Notes under the pieces: generated by a model
What the model was told of the DNA's origin: nothing
Databases searched by the model: none
What the model saw: the letters and a program-made list of their open reading frames with translations, nothing else
Shown here: positions 63,946-64,000 of the stretch, one piece after another
Numbering within the stretch: position 1 is the stretch's first letter
How the letters are laid out: every line of letters begins with the position of its first letter
Assembly: GCF_036365525.1 (NCBI RefSeq)
Contig: NC_090373.1
Location: 40,835,590-40,899,589 of the forward strand
Direction: 5' to 3'
Length of the DNA stretch: 64,000 nucleotides
DNA from: Heterodontus francisci
Lineage: Eukaryota
Made by a program: the position numbers and the translations under genes

Positions 63946-64000
63946 TAAAATCAGTCCAGTCTGAACCTATTCCTTGTGTTAAGGGTTTGGGGGTGGGGGT

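Overview
Eukaryotic, repeat-rich vertebrate DNA. The HE1/V-SINE-like SINEs, DeuSINE, CR1, Penelope and Harbinger content point to a cartilaginous fish (shark); this is an inference. The only host gene is a CUB and Sushi multiple domains gene (closest to CSMD2) on the minus strand, seen as three phase-compatible GT-AG exons (21110-21228, 17101-17170, 6726-6842). The rest is intron filled with nested transposons: two decayed Gypsy elements, three solo LTRs of one family, Penelope elements with minimal hammerhead-ribozyme motifs, many CR1 copies (one near full length with esterase ORF1), L2, Harbinger remnants and MITEs, SINEs, and one full-length RTE LINE with an intact 1063-aa ORF and a perfect 10-bp TSD. 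The most unusual signal is a compact, intron-containing, decayed BEND5-like (BEN domain) gene antisense in the intron (46705-47537), followed by an AACTGG repeat array, suggesting a BEN-carrying DNA transposon. Family assignments rest on motif recognition and recalled reference sequences, not database searches.
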